A stretch of 64,000 nucleotides of DNA from Candidatus Poribacteria bacterium (GCA_965218095.1 OZ244587.1:3232001-3296000), one strand, 5' to 3'. Positions 33,077-42,757 are shown, counted from the first letter of the stretch. Program-made: numbers and translations. The notes: a model not told the origin generated them from the sequence alone.

Positions 33077-34078
33077 ATGTTTTTACTCAATCGATTGAAC
33101 CGATTTCCTCTGTTTATGGGGACATTTCTTTTTCTAATTTTTGGGTGCGGTGAAGGCAATCGCGATGAGAATTTCGCGCCGCGGATCTCTGCCTTTGAAG
33201 CGGAATCCGACATCGTTGAACCCGGCACGCGAGTCAACATTACAGTCAAAGCCACTGACATTGATGGTGATGAACTCACTTTCGAGTGGTTTGCGACCGG
33301 AGGCACGATTCGCGGCGACGATTCCGGTGCAATTTGGACCGCCCCGGAAGAGGAACAAAAATACCTGATCCAGATCACGGTGAGCGATGGGAGTAAATCG
33401 ACCACAAGCACCATCGATCTCCAGGTGTGGCGAACGCGTCCAGGGGACTATTATCCGCTTGCTGTCGGGAATATATGGAAGTACCGTGATGATGAAGGGA
33501 ACCAGGTTATCTTTGAAATTGTTGACACAATTGATATTCAAATCACCAGGGATAAGACAATAAAAAGCTATGTATTGCAGAAGTCCAGTTCCGCCGAAGA
33601 GTTAGAGGGCATCGTCAATTTTTCCTACTTGGGCAAAAAAACCGAAAACGGCGTCGTCAAGGGTATTCTCCAGCACGCGCAGAATGTTACATCCGGCACA
33701 GAAGATACCATTCTTTTTTCACCCTTTCTACCCCTTTACAATTTCCCTCTGATTCCAGAGAATAAATGGAAGACGAATTTTCAGGCAAAGTTGACCCCCG
33801 AACTTTTTCCGATCGGCGGCGGCGTTGATGAATTTGAGGTAATTTCGGAGGAGATAGTGACTGTCCCGGCAGGTACGTTTGAGCACGTATTTCAGGTGCA
33901 AGAGTCGTTCAGGTGGCAGATTTTTGAGCAAGACCTCGACATAACGGTGGTGCAGAAGTGGCTCGCTCCTCACGTGGGCATCATTAAATTTACCCAATCT
34001 CAGATTCGTGCAGATGTGACTGTTGAGGTTGTGTTTGAACTAGAATCTTTTGAACTGGTGGGGGAAGAGGGGCTATAG
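33077..34078 (+). CDS. Lipoprotein with Ig/PKD-like domain and DUF3108/TapB-like C-terminal domain
   Basis: Lipobox IFGC, 'ATDIDGDELTFEW', 'YYPLAVGNIWKY', 'VTVPAGTF', 'WLAPHVGIIK'. Confidence 0.75.
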   Translation: MFLLNRLNRFPLFMGTFLFLIFGCGEGNRDENFAPRISAFEAESDIVEPGTRVNITVKATDIDGDELTFEWFATGGTIRGDDSGAIWTAPEEEQKYLIQITVSDGSKSTTSTIDLQVWRTRPGDYYPLAVGNIWKYRDDEGNQVIFEIVDTIDIQITRDKTIKSYVLQKSSSAEELEGIVNFSYLGKKTENGVVKGILQHAQNVTSGTEDTILFSPFLPLYNFPLIPENKWKTNFQAKLTPELFPIGGGVDEFEVISEEIVTVPAGTFEHVFQVQESFRWQIFEQDLDITVVQKWLAPHVGIIKFTQSQIRADVTVEVVFELESFELVGEEGL

Positions 34079-34150
34079 GACAAGGAGAAGGAGAAAGGGA
34101 AAGATGGGGGAATGGAAGAAAAGGAAGGGTTGCATCGGGATTGACCCGAT

Positions 34151-34681
34151 ATGAGCAAATATGTGTTGACCGGACTGCTGAAATGCGCCGAGTGCGATTC
34201 CAACTTCGTAATCAAGAGCGACCTCAAGCGCGGGTATGCCTACTATATGTGCGGGACCCGATCCCGCAGTCGCGGGTGTTTCAACGATACCTACCTCCCG
34301 CAAGAGAAGCTGGAGACGGCAATCTTCGACCGCATGCAGGCGTCCGTTCTGCAGCCCGACTTTATTGAGGCTTATTTTCGCAAAGTATTAGAAGCGAGTT
34401 TGACACAAACACGCCGCAGCAAAGATGAGTTAAAGCGGCTCGAAGCGCAACTCGCCCACCATTGAGATACCCTTCCTAAAATCCCCACCCCCCTCGCTAT
34501 TGAGACCTTCCGCGACGAACTCGGGGCTGCACTCGTCGAGGATGAAGGCATAAAAAAAGCCGCGTTGCATGGGCTGGTGAAGCAAATCACCGTCCACACA
34601 GACGCGACTATAGAGATTGATTATATTGTGCCGTTAGCGCGTAACGGAGATAGCGCTACGGGGAATCGAACCCCGGTTTGA
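34151..34681 (+). pseudogene. Large serine recombinase C-terminal remnant (zinc ribbon + coiled coil)
   Basis: 'YVLTGLLKCAECDS...YYMC...C..LPQEKLETAI'. After TGA at 34463 it continues in frame 'KAALHGLVKQITV...IEIDY' into the antisense of tRNA-Glu. No catalytic domain. Confidence 0.8.
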
Positions 34682-34722
34682 TGGCTGAGAACCACCCGTC
34701 CTAACCCCTAGACGATAGCGCC
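34651..34722 (-). tRNA. tRNA-Glu(CTC), CCA not encoded
   Basis: GGCGCTATCGTCTAGGGGTTAGGACGGGTGGTT-CTC-AGCCATCAAACCGGGGTTCGATTCCCCGTAGCGCTA cloverleaf. Confidence 0.95.
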
Positions 34723-34733
34723 ATGAAAAAAGC

Positions 34734-34807
34734 TGGCTGCCGGGGAAGGACTCGAACCCTCGTAACATGGGCCAGAACCATGCGTCCTACCACTAGACGA
34801 CCCGGCA
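34734..34807 (-). tRNA. tRNA-Gln(CTG)
   Basis: TGCCGGGTCGTCTAGTGGTAGGACGCATGGTT-CTG-GCCCATGTTACGAGGGTTCGAGTCCTTCCCCGGCAGCCA. Confidence 0.95.
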
Positions 34808-34822
34808 AAACCAGATGGCGGG

Positions 34823-34851
34823 ATTATAACAGGAGATCTTTTGTTTGTCAA
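34823..34851 (-). promoter_or_regulatory. Consensus sigma70 promoter of the tRNA operon
   Basis: TTGACA-N17-TATAAT with extended TG on the minus strand. Confidence 0.85.
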
Positions 34852-34931
34852 GAGTTTTTGTCGTCTTTTTTGTTTGACGGACGTTGATGGTTATGCTATC
34901 ATTTCCAGTATATCAAGGAGGTAATATATAC

Positions 34932-35756
34932 ATGGCTGACAGGAGAAAAGTTCTCGTAACCGGCGCATCAGGATATATTGCAGGGAGGATGTTACCCGCC
35001 TTTCGTGAACGCTATGAGCTCGTGTTGCTCGACGTTAAAACGACCAATCGGGAAGGCGAGGCAGTCAACGGGATTCAGATCGCTGACTTGACCGATCCAG
35101 TCCGGGATAAATACAGGGCTTATTTCAAAGGCGTTAATGCTGTCGTTCACTGCGCGTTTGTGAGGGGCGGCAACTTTGAGAACGAGTCGGCGAATGTTCA
35201 AATGGCGTACAATGTCTACCAGACCTGTCTTGAGGAGGACGTGCGTCGGGTAGTTGTCTGTAGTTCTAATCATGCAGCGGATTACTATGAGCAGTTAATC
35301 TGGGAAGATAAGTGGGATGTGGTGACGCCGGATATGCGTCCGTTATCCGACAATTTCTATGGTTGGGCGAAAGAGGCGTATGAGCATCTCGGCTTTGTGT
35401 TTGCAACAGGGCACGTTAGTGGGAAGAAACTGCAAAATGTGCAAGTCCGGATCGGTGCGCCGCGTGAGACGATTCTTGATGACGCCGATCCGAAGAATTT
35501 GAAGCCCATCCATCGTGGGCTTGGCGCCTACTTGAGCGCACGGGATCAGACCCAACTCTTTATCAAAAGCATCGAAACCGAAAACATCGCAGATGAAAAT
35601 GGGGTTCCGTTTCAGATTTTCTATGGGATTAGCGGCAATTCACACAGCTTCTGGAGCATCGTGAACGCTCGGAAAGTAATTGGCTATGAACCTGAAGATA
35701 ATAGCGCGGTCAAGTTTGCTGAACGGATCGCTGAGTTAATGAAGTCGCTGAGTTAA
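34932..35756 (+). CDS. NAD-dependent epimerase / uronate dehydrogenase-like SDR
   Basis: 'VLVTGASGYIA', 'SSNHA', 'YGWAK', 'RIGAPR', 'FYGISGN'; upstream TTGACG-N17-TATCAT at 34874-34902. Confidence 0.85.
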   Translation: MADRRKVLVTGASGYIAGRMLPAFRERYELVLLDVKTTNREGEAVNGIQIADLTDPVRDKYRAYFKGVNAVVHCAFVRGGNFENESANVQMAYNVYQTCLEEDVRRVVVCSSNHAADYYEQLIWEDKWDVVTPDMRPLSDNFYGWAKEAYEHLGFVFATGHVSGKKLQNVQVRIGAPRETILDDADPKNLKPIHRGLGAYLSARDQTQLFIKSIETENIADENGVPFQIFYGISGNSHSFWSIVNARKVIGYEPEDNSAVKFAERIAELMKSLS

Positions 35757-35778
35757 TGAAGTCGCTGAGTTAATGAAG
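35728..35778 (+). repeat. 3 x 17-bp perfect tandem repeat
   Basis: TCGCTGAGTTAATGAAG repeated three times across the stop codon. Confidence 0.95.
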
Positions 35779-35854
35779 GAGGCAAACGGTGATTGATTGG
35801 AACAGGCACACACTCGCATTACTTTTTAAAATCTCAATTATCGGGGGAATCCAG

Positions 35855-37243
35855 ATGAAGTTGATGAAACACACAATCCATTGCTTATGCTTGGGGGTTA
35901 TCGGGGTATGGCTCGCCATACCGATGAATAGCCAAGCAAATTCACCTTTTTTTGTGGTTAGAGGTCTTGTGACCGATACAAATGGCGCTTTGGTCGATGG
36001 ACTTGAGGTCACCGTGACGAACACCACCCAAAATCTATCTGAGACCGAACGCATAGGACCACCCGACTTTAATACCGGACTATACGCTGTTGCCTTCTCC
36101 GTCATCCGTGAAGAAGAACTCTTGGCAACGGCTGGGAAAGTTGGCGACGAAATCAAAATCGCTGTCAAACAGAGTGAACAAGTTATTGCGGAAGCTGCGC
36201 ATATCATCAATAATGACAACATCGCACAATTCCAAGCCATTATCAATGTGCAGCTTGTCGAGCAATCCGTCTCGCCAATTCTCACCAGTATTGACCCTGA
36301 CAGTGATTTGGTAACAGGCGGCGCAACTGTTCAGATTATCGGAGAAAATTTTCAGGATGGGGCAACAGTCACTATTGGCGGAAAGGCAGCAACCGACGTG
36401 TTCTTTGTTTCACCAACGGAGTTGACGGCTAAGGCGCCTGAAGGCGTTGCAGGAAGCACCGATGTCGTCCTCATCAACCCTGATGGGAAATTAGCGACGC
36501 TTGCAGGCGGATTCACATATATCGAGGAGCCGCAGTTCCCCCCATATGATGTCAACGAGGATGGCATAGTCAATATTTTCGACCTCGTCATCGTCGGCGG
36601 ACAGTTTGGGGACACTGGAGAAGGGCTATCAGGGGATGTTAACGGCGACAGCGTTGTCAACATCTTTGATCTGGTGACCGTCGGCAGCCACTTTGGTGAG
36701 ATAACCGTTCGAGCTGCACCATCACGGCATCGCATCGTTTCCTTCCCTGAAGTCAGCAAACGCACAGATCGGCGCGGGATCGCGCCAGAAACAGAAGCCG
36801 GCCGTCGTTTGCGGACTGCGTTGACCGAGCTAGAGCATCGAGCCAACGCTGACCCAGAAATCCGTTTCGTTGCCGATCTGCTGCGTCGGTGGCTGATTGA
36901 TAGTGGGGAAATTCCAGCGAAAACACAGTTGCTCCCCAATTACCCGAACCCGTTCAATCCGGAGACGTGGATACCTTATCAGCTTGCCCAGACCTCTGAA
37001 GTCCAGATTTTCATCTATAACATGATGGGGCAGCGCGTCCGGGAGTTGAAAGTCGGGTTCAGACACGCGGGCATCTACAGCAATCGCTCGGAAGCTGCAT
37101 ACTGGGATGGGCGGAATGATGCCGGCGAACGTGTCACCAGCGGTGTCTATTTCTACACACTTCAGGCCTCTAGCGAAGCGAGATCTCGATCCATCGGGGC
37201 GGATAACTTCTCGGCAACGCGAAAAATGATTATTTTGAAGTGA
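35855..37243 (+). CDS. Secreted protein: IPT/TIG + dockerin-like + FlgD-Ig/T9SS-like C-terminal sorting domain
   Basis: IPT 'LTSIDP..GGATVQIIGENFQDGATV', two 'DVNxDGxVNIFDLV' motifs, 'LLPNYPNPFNPETWIPYQLA...SATRKMIILK'. Confidence 0.88.
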   Translation: MKLMKHTIHCLCLGVIGVWLAIPMNSQANSPFFVVRGLVTDTNGALVDGLEVTVTNTTQNLSETERIGPPDFNTGLYAVAFSVIREEELLATAGKVGDEIKIAVKQSEQVIAEAAHIINNDNIAQFQAIINVQLVEQSVSPILTSIDPDSDLVTGGATVQIIGENFQDGATVTIGGKAATDVFFVSPTELTAKAPEGVAGSTDVVLINPDGKLATLAGGFTYIEEPQFPPYDVNEDGIVNIFDLVIVGGQFGDTGEGLSGDVNGDSVVNIFDLVTVGSHFGEITVRAAPSRHRIVSFPEVSKRTDRRGIAPETEAGRRLRTALTELEHRANADPEIRFVADLLRRWLIDSGEIPAKTQLLPNYPNPFNPETWIPYQLAQTSEVQIFIYNMMGQRVRELKVGFRHAGIYSNRSEAAYWDGRNDAGERVTSGVYFYTLQASSEARSRSIGADNFSATRKMIILK

Positions 37244-37361
37244 GGCGTAACGCGTGAAAAGTAAAATGAAATGTTTGATGGGTAAGTGGAAAGGAAGAAA
37301 AACAAATCGTAATCCGTATCACATATTACGTTTTACTTTGACAACGGAAGGCAGAAACTAA

Positions 37362-38132
37362 ATGGATCTTGGACTCAAAGATAAAGTTGTCATCGTCACC
37401 GGTGCAAGCCGCGGCATCGGGAAAGCGATTGCGCTCGGTTTTGGATCAGAAGAGGCACGCTTGAGCATCTGCGGCAGAACGCCGGAGACACTCGAAGCGA
37501 CTGCCCGCGAGATTCAGGCGCTTGGGGCGGAGGTGTTTGCCAAGCCTGCTGATGTCACAAAAGGCGCGGACGCGGAGGCGTTTGTGGAAGAAACGTTAGA
37601 CCGATATGGGCGGGTTGATGTGCTGATTAACAACGTCGGTGGGAGCAAGTGGACGCCAACCCCTGAAATTTCTGATGAGGAGTGGCACGAAATTCTCGAC
37701 CTGAATCTCGTTTCCGCCGCCCGGATGAGCCGAGCCGTCATCCCGATGATGCAGGCGCGAGGGAGCGGCGTCATTATCATGATCTCGTCAATTTACGGAC
37801 GGGAGGGCGGCGGACATATCACCTACAACGCGGCGAAGGCGGCAGAGATTAGCATGTCGAAGTCGTTGGCACATGAGCTCGCCCCGAACAACATCCGCGT
37901 CAACAGCGTTGCCCCCGGTTCGATTCTATTCCCCGGCGGCGGTTGGGCTCGACGGCAGGAAGCGGACCCGGAAGGGATGGCTGCATTTGTCAAAAGCGAT
38001 ATGCCGCTCAGACGGTTTGGGAGGCCAGAGGAGATTGCCAACGTTGTTGTGTTCCTTGCATCTGAACGTGCGAGTCTTGTGACCGGCACGTGTATCAATG
38101 TTGATGGCTGCCAGTCGAAGTCAAATATTTGA
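37362..38132 (+). CDS. Short-chain dehydrogenase/reductase
   Basis: 'TGASRGIG', 'NNVG', 'YNAAK', 'IRVNSVAPG'. Confidence 0.92.
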   Translation: MDLGLKDKVVIVTGASRGIGKAIALGFGSEEARLSICGRTPETLEATAREIQALGAEVFAKPADVTKGADAEAFVEETLDRYGRVDVLINNVGGSKWTPTPEISDEEWHEILDLNLVSAARMSRAVIPMMQARGSGVIIMISSIYGREGGGHITYNAAKAAEISMSKSLAHELAPNNIRVNSVAPGSILFPGGGWARRQEADPEGMAAFVKSDMPLRRFGRPEEIANVVVFLASERASLVTGTCINVDGCQSKSNI

Positions 38133-38317
38133 GGTTAGGTCCAGCGAGCATCTGCTTGCTGACCCACGTCAGAAGAACTCTCTGATCCCGATTTATTTGA
38201 GGGTGGTTCATAATTCGAGGCGCGTCATTGCTCAATTGGGGCGATTGGGAAATGGTCTGAATCGGGATTCACTGGATTATTTGATGCAGATCCTGCTTGA
38301 CTCTCACCTCCCTGTTC

Positions 38318-39212
38318 CTATCTGTCTTCGTGGGGTGGCATGCCGGTAACCCTTTCGAGAGGAAAACGCCGTTGTCGCCGCATCCCTTGCCGCACGGCTG
38401 GGTCAACGGGCGGTTCCTCTATGGCTTTTTCAATCTGCTGCTGCCGTTCAGCATTGAGTGGTGCCTGCTTATCCCGTTGCGACGTTTCCCCTTCCGCGGC
38501 GGTCCCCAGCAGTCTTTCAAATTCTGCCCACTCCTCATCTGAAAGTGAGGTGGGGCCTTCAGACGTTTCGGAGGGGGTGGTCGTGGACTCAACCGTCGGG
38601 TCGGACGGGGTTAATACAGAATGAGTGGGATTTGGCTGTGATTCTGTTGATGTAGATGGCGTGGGTCCTGCAATAGGTGGCAGGATGACAAATTCTCCAC
38701 TTGCGATTTTCTGCTTTAACTCCTCCTCTGTCAGTTGTGGGCCCTCTGTTATGTATAAAAGGCTTTTTCCGAGCCTGTGCTCGAATACCCGGGTAATTGT
38801 ATTGCCACTATTGTTTTCTAGCGCTTCTATTATCACTTGAAGAATCTCTTCTTCGTTTACTGCAACAGAATTCGATTCAAATGTGTGGTGATACACCACA
38901 CCGCCCAACAGTTTTTCGATTCGGCGGCGAACCTTCTGCTTTGCACGCTTGAGGCGGTTGGCAACCGCCGCATACGACAAACCGGACTCGACCCGCAACC
39001 GGTCATAGCTTGCCCCTTTGATGTAACGGGCTTCCATCAGCTTGCGATCGGTCCCCTGTAGAGTACCGATTGCCTGTCGGACAACCGTTTCGATTTCAGC
39101 CTTCAGCCCAATCTCTTCAGGGGATGGGACGGTTTCCGCGAAATCTGCTTCGTTCACCGCCTCAAAGCTGCTCGTCGAACCGTGCCGCTGCCGGAGCCAA
39201 TCCTTGCAGATT
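38318..39212 (-). pseudogene. 5'-truncated ECF sigma factor fused to an unrelated C-terminal fragment
   Basis: 'ICKDWLR' (end of region 2) and region 4 'ARYIKGASYDRL...SYAAVANRLKRAKQKVR'; abrupt change after 'LLGG' near 38905. Region 2 is otherwise missing. Confidence 0.7.
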
Positions 39213-39402
39213 GAGTGTAAAGAATTTCTTGACCCAAAGATTAAAAACCCTAAGCTTATCAGGGCATCTAGATTTAGAAAATTAAATAACTGATTTTAAT
39301 TTGTTTGGATAGGTCTTATCCTTGTCCAACTCGTTAAAATGGCTTGTAGAGCAAATTAGAGACATTTACGTTGATATTTGATATGAGGATGTTATAAAAA
39401 TA

Positions 39403-39966
39403 ATGAGGATTTGTATTTATTCTGATTTTGAACAAGATATTATTTTGAGAAGTCTTGAAATAGAAGGCGAAAAAAATGATATTGAAAGTTATGGTATTTC
39501 ATTTGGCAAAGAAGAAGATTCTATCTTTACAGAGTATGAGTCTTTGCCTGAAGAAAGGACGAAATTTTTTCGTTGTAACATTAAAAATTCTTGGGAATTT
39601 ATAAAGGAATGTGGTATATCAAAAGCTATAATTCCTTTTGATTTAGATTGTGATTTAATAAATATGTTTGATCACATAAATGTTTACGGTAATAATTACT
39701 TTATGATAGGTGTCAAAAAGGATTTTAGAAGTAAAAAATATAGAGATAAAATTAAGAAGAAGTTAGGGAAGAAGGGAGTTTTTATTCCCGGTAAAAGCTA
39801 TGGCAAACATAGCATGGAATTTATTGAGTTTTTATATCAATTTCCCGTAGAGAAACCTCTTAGCTGGAAAAAAACTCTTTTTTTGGGTGCTTTTATTTCA
39901 GTTTTAATTTCTATTCTTAATCCTATTGTTATTAATATTTTCAAGCTAATTCGCCAATGGTTTTGA
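39403..39966 (+). CDS. Low-GC hypothetical protein with C-terminal TM helix
   Basis: 187-aa ORF inside an AT-rich island; RBS GAGG. Confidence 0.6.
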   Translation: MRICIYSDFEQDIILRSLEIEGEKNDIESYGISFGKEEDSIFTEYESLPEERTKFFRCNIKNSWEFIKECGISKAIIPFDLDCDLINMFDHINVYGNNYFMIGVKKDFRSKKYRDKIKKKLGKKGVFIPGKSYGKHSMEFIEFLYQFPVEKPLSWKKTLFLGAFISVLISILNPIVINIFKLIRQWF

Positions 39967-39994
39967 ATTGTATGATATTTAACAAGGAGGCTAT

Positions 39995-40408
39995 AATGTC
40001 TGATATAACCTATGTAGAAGAAATGACGAGGGGTATTGCAACTTCCATTGAATACGATGGTGCTACGAAAACTTATATAGCCCGAAAGCCTGTTGATTCA
40101 TGGTCTGATGGGCAAAATAAACAAGAATCTCTTACGACTTTTTGTAGAAGTGTTTATAGTGATTTAATGGCTGTATTGATATTTTATGTATGATGGAAGA
40201 AGGAGACAACTATGGAAATAGTTTTATGGTTAAATTTCGTTGGAATGATGGGTATTGTAGCTATCAATCAAATTTAGCCAAAGCAGTTGCAAAATATGAG
40301 AAAATTATTTATAGAGAGGGTTATATGCCTTCTATTTCTGTTAGAGAACATCGTATTAGCAGGTTAGCTTTCAGTCCGCTTTTCATCGCGGCAGGGAGTG
40401 CAACTTGA
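39995..40408 (+). pseudogene. Low-GC hypothetical gene, probably frameshifted and 3'-disrupted
   Basis: RBS AAGGAGG before MSDITY. Two consecutive ORFs can be joined by one base near 'gatttaatggc' (about 40165). Confidence 0.4.
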
Positions 40409-40796
40409 ACGATACGTCGCAATGGTTAAGTTCTCACGGCTCGCCTGTTTCACCTCCTCAACTCGGCTTCGATCCTCCGTTCCGAGAGCAGGCCGATCGG
40501 ATCGGGGGCGGTCTACGCCCACGGCCTCTCCGGCGCTATCTCTATCCCTTCCGCTACGAGGTTTACCCTCACGATCTCCATCAACACGTGGGCTGCGTCC
40601 GACAGGTTCTCCGCCTGGCGTATCTGCGTCGCTGCTTCGGTCGGTTCGTTGTCTTCCAGGTAGTGTGTCAGATACCGCATCGCCTGTTTCGGTGGCATCT
40701 CCGACAGGTCCACGACCTGTTCCTGTATCGCTTCCTGTAGGCTGCTCGTCTGCTGCGCTTTCCTCGCCTGTTGGTCTAGCTCGTACTGTATCAGTA
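40372..40796 (-). other. High-GC fragment resembling a linker of a phage/ICE large polyvalent (methylase-helicase) protein, with an overlapping alternative-frame ORF
   Basis: One frame is G/D/R/S low-complexity and ends 'ASRENLTIA'; another frame is helical 'LQEAIQEQVVDL...APERPWA*'. The fragment is cut by the IS5. Confidence 0.35.
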
Positions 40797-40800
40797 CTAG

Positions 40801-41634
40801 GTGCTGTTGACATTTCAAGGGAGCCATATAAGAGTGGAGACAAAGCTGAGAAATCCAAAATAACGGACAGCTAACTTCTCGAACCGAGAGAAGATGCGGC
40901 GATACCATTTTATCTTGTTAATGAAACATTCAACCCGATGTCTCTCTTTGTACAGATGTTTGTCGTAATCTCTTTGATCCACACGATGACTTTTGGGCGG
41001 TATCACCGCAATCGCTCCATTTGCCTCAATAACGGCAATAAAATTGTCGGAGTCATATCCCTTGTCTCCAATCACATACTCGCTTTTATATCCAAGTATC
41101 AACGCTTCTGCTTCCGCTATGTCGTTTCTTTGACCGGGCGTCAGATGTATTCTTAGTGGATTACCCAGGACGTCAACGGTGATGTGAATTTTTGTACTGA
41201 ATCCCCCGCGAGAGCGACCTAACGCTTGGTTTTCAGTGCCACCCTTTTTTTTAAGGTGCCCGCTTTTTAAGGTGCCCGCCGCACACGGGTGCGCTCGAAT
41301 GATTGTACTGTCCACAATAAGCGACTCGATATCGGGGTCGGTGGCGAAGTGGGGATGCATCTGTGTGAAGACCCCTTTGTCGCACCACCGAGCAAACTGC
41401 TTATAGAGGGTGTTCGATTTACCATAGGTGTCTGGCAGAATCCGCCATTGAGCACTGCTACGGGTCGCCCAGAGAACCGCTTCGATAAAGCGGCGTGTTG
41501 TCGCTTCGTTGCCAACATAGATGGTGGGACAGCTAAGAAGAAACCGGTATATCTTATTCCATTGTTCATCAGGTAAGGTTATTGGCATCATTCTTCTATT
41601 ATGCCACAACCTTATACTCAAATGTCAACAGAAC
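40801..41634 (-). mobile_element. IS5-family insertion sequence (IS427-like), 834 bp
   Basis: TIRs GTGCTGTTGACATTT / AAATGTCAACAGAAC; CTAG on both flanks (40797-40800 and 41635-41638). Confidence 0.92.
40815..41591 (-). CDS. IS5-family DDE transposase (single open frame)
   Basis: 'IVDSTIIRAH', 'LGRSRGGFSTKIH', 'GDKGYDS', 'YKERHRVECFINKIKWYRRIFSRFEK'. Confidence 0.92.
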   Translation of the reverse strand: MMPITLPDEQWNKIYRFLLSCPTIYVGNEATTRRFIEAVLWATRSSAQWRILPDTYGKSNTLYKQFARWCDKGVFTQMHPHFATDPDIESLIVDSTIIRAHPCAAGTLKSGHLKKKGGTENQALGRSRGGFSTKIHITVDVLGNPLRIHLTPGQRNDIAEAEALILGYKSEYVIGDKGYDSDNFIAVIEANGAIAVIPPKSHRVDQRDYDKHLYKERHRVECFINKIKWYRRIFSRFEKLAVRYFGFLSFVSTLIWLP

Positions 41635-41653
41635 CTAGCACAAGTCGTTAATT

Positions 41654-42268
41654 ATGTCAGATGAATACAAAACTATCGTCGGAATCGCTGAGTCGAAACT
41701 CGTTATCAAAAAATCCCGGTTTATCGGGCTAGCCGCATCGGTCGATACGATAGAGGGGTCAAAAGCGTTCTTAGATCTTGCCAGGAAGAAGTACCCCAAT
41801 GCCTCGCACTACTGTTACGGATATAGTATCGGTTGGGGGCGTGAAAAGCGGGAATATGCAACCGATGCTGGCGAGCCGACAAACTCTGCAGGTCCCCCAA
41901 TCTTAGTTGCCGTGATTGCATCCGGGCTATTGAACGTGCTCTCTGTTGTTGTACGCTATTACGGTGGTATTAATCTTGGCGTTGGTGGCCTCATTCGGGC
42001 TTATGGGGGGTGTACGCGAGACTGTTTAGCGAGCGCAAAAATTGAAAATCGGATTTTTTACCAGACGTTACAGGTTCGGACGCCGAATGAACGGATTGGT
42101 TCAGTGCTCAATCTGTGTCACAGATTAGGAGGAAAAGTGATGAATGTCGAATATGATCAGTGTGCGACTGCCCATCTTCGGATACGTCAACGAGAGATTG
42201 AAAATTTTCAAGTAAATTTGCGAAGAATCAGCCCTGATATTGATGTGATTTGTCCTGTGATCGTCTAA
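41654..42268 (+). CDS. yigZ: IMPACT/YigZ family protein
   Basis: 'IKKSRFIG', 'ASHYCYGY', 'DAGEP..AG', 'VRYYGGINLGVGGLIRAY'. Confidence 0.92.
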   Translation: MSDEYKTIVGIAESKLVIKKSRFIGLAASVDTIEGSKAFLDLARKKYPNASHYCYGYSIGWGREKREYATDAGEPTNSAGPPILVAVIASGLLNVLSVVVRYYGGINLGVGGLIRAYGGCTRDCLASAKIENRIFYQTLQVRTPNERIGSVLNLCHRLGGKVMNVEYDQCATAHLRIRQREIENFQVNLRRISPDIDVICPVIV

Positions 42269-42325
42269 TCCATTGGTTTTGAATCCTGGGCATGTAAGAG
42301 GTTAGGAAATACAGGAGGACCAGTC

Positions 42326-42757
42326 TTGAGCGAGGTAAAATACACCACTACACATGAATGGATTGAGGTTGGTGGTTCAGAAGGAATCGTCGGAATCACT
42401 GAACGCGCCCAATTAACGTATGGTGAAATTGTCTATGTTGAACTCCCTGCGGTTGGTGACGAGTATGAGCAAGACGAGATAATCGGCAGGGTAGAGGTCG
42501 CTGATGGTAAGAGTTACCCTATCCATGCACCCGTAACCGGGGAGATTAAACGGTTCAACTTTGACCATGCGGATGATCCGGATTTGATTAATCAGTCACC
42601 GGAAGGGGATGGTTGGATTTGCCGGATAAGCATTGAAAGTCGCAGAGAACTTGACATATTGATGACTGCTGATGCGTACGACAAGTATGAGGCGGAGGCG
42701 CTTGACGAAGAATACATGGATGAGGAAAGTTTCTATGATGATGACGAGGAATATTAA
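42326..42757 (+). CDS. Glycine cleavage H-like protein (atypical lipoyl site)
   Basis: 'YTTTHEWI', 'VGIT..AQ...GEIVYVELP', 'APVTGEI', 'INQSPEGDGWI'. Confidence 0.85.
   Translation: MSEVKYTTTHEWIEVGGSEGIVGITERAQLTYGEIVYVELPAVGDEYEQDEIIGRVEVADGKSYPIHAPVTGEIKRFNFDHADDPDLINQSPEGDGWICRISIESRRELDILMTADAYDKYEAEALDEEYMDEESFYDDDEEY

Noticed and set aside
35728-35778. CRISPR array
   Set aside because: Spacer-less tandem repeat.
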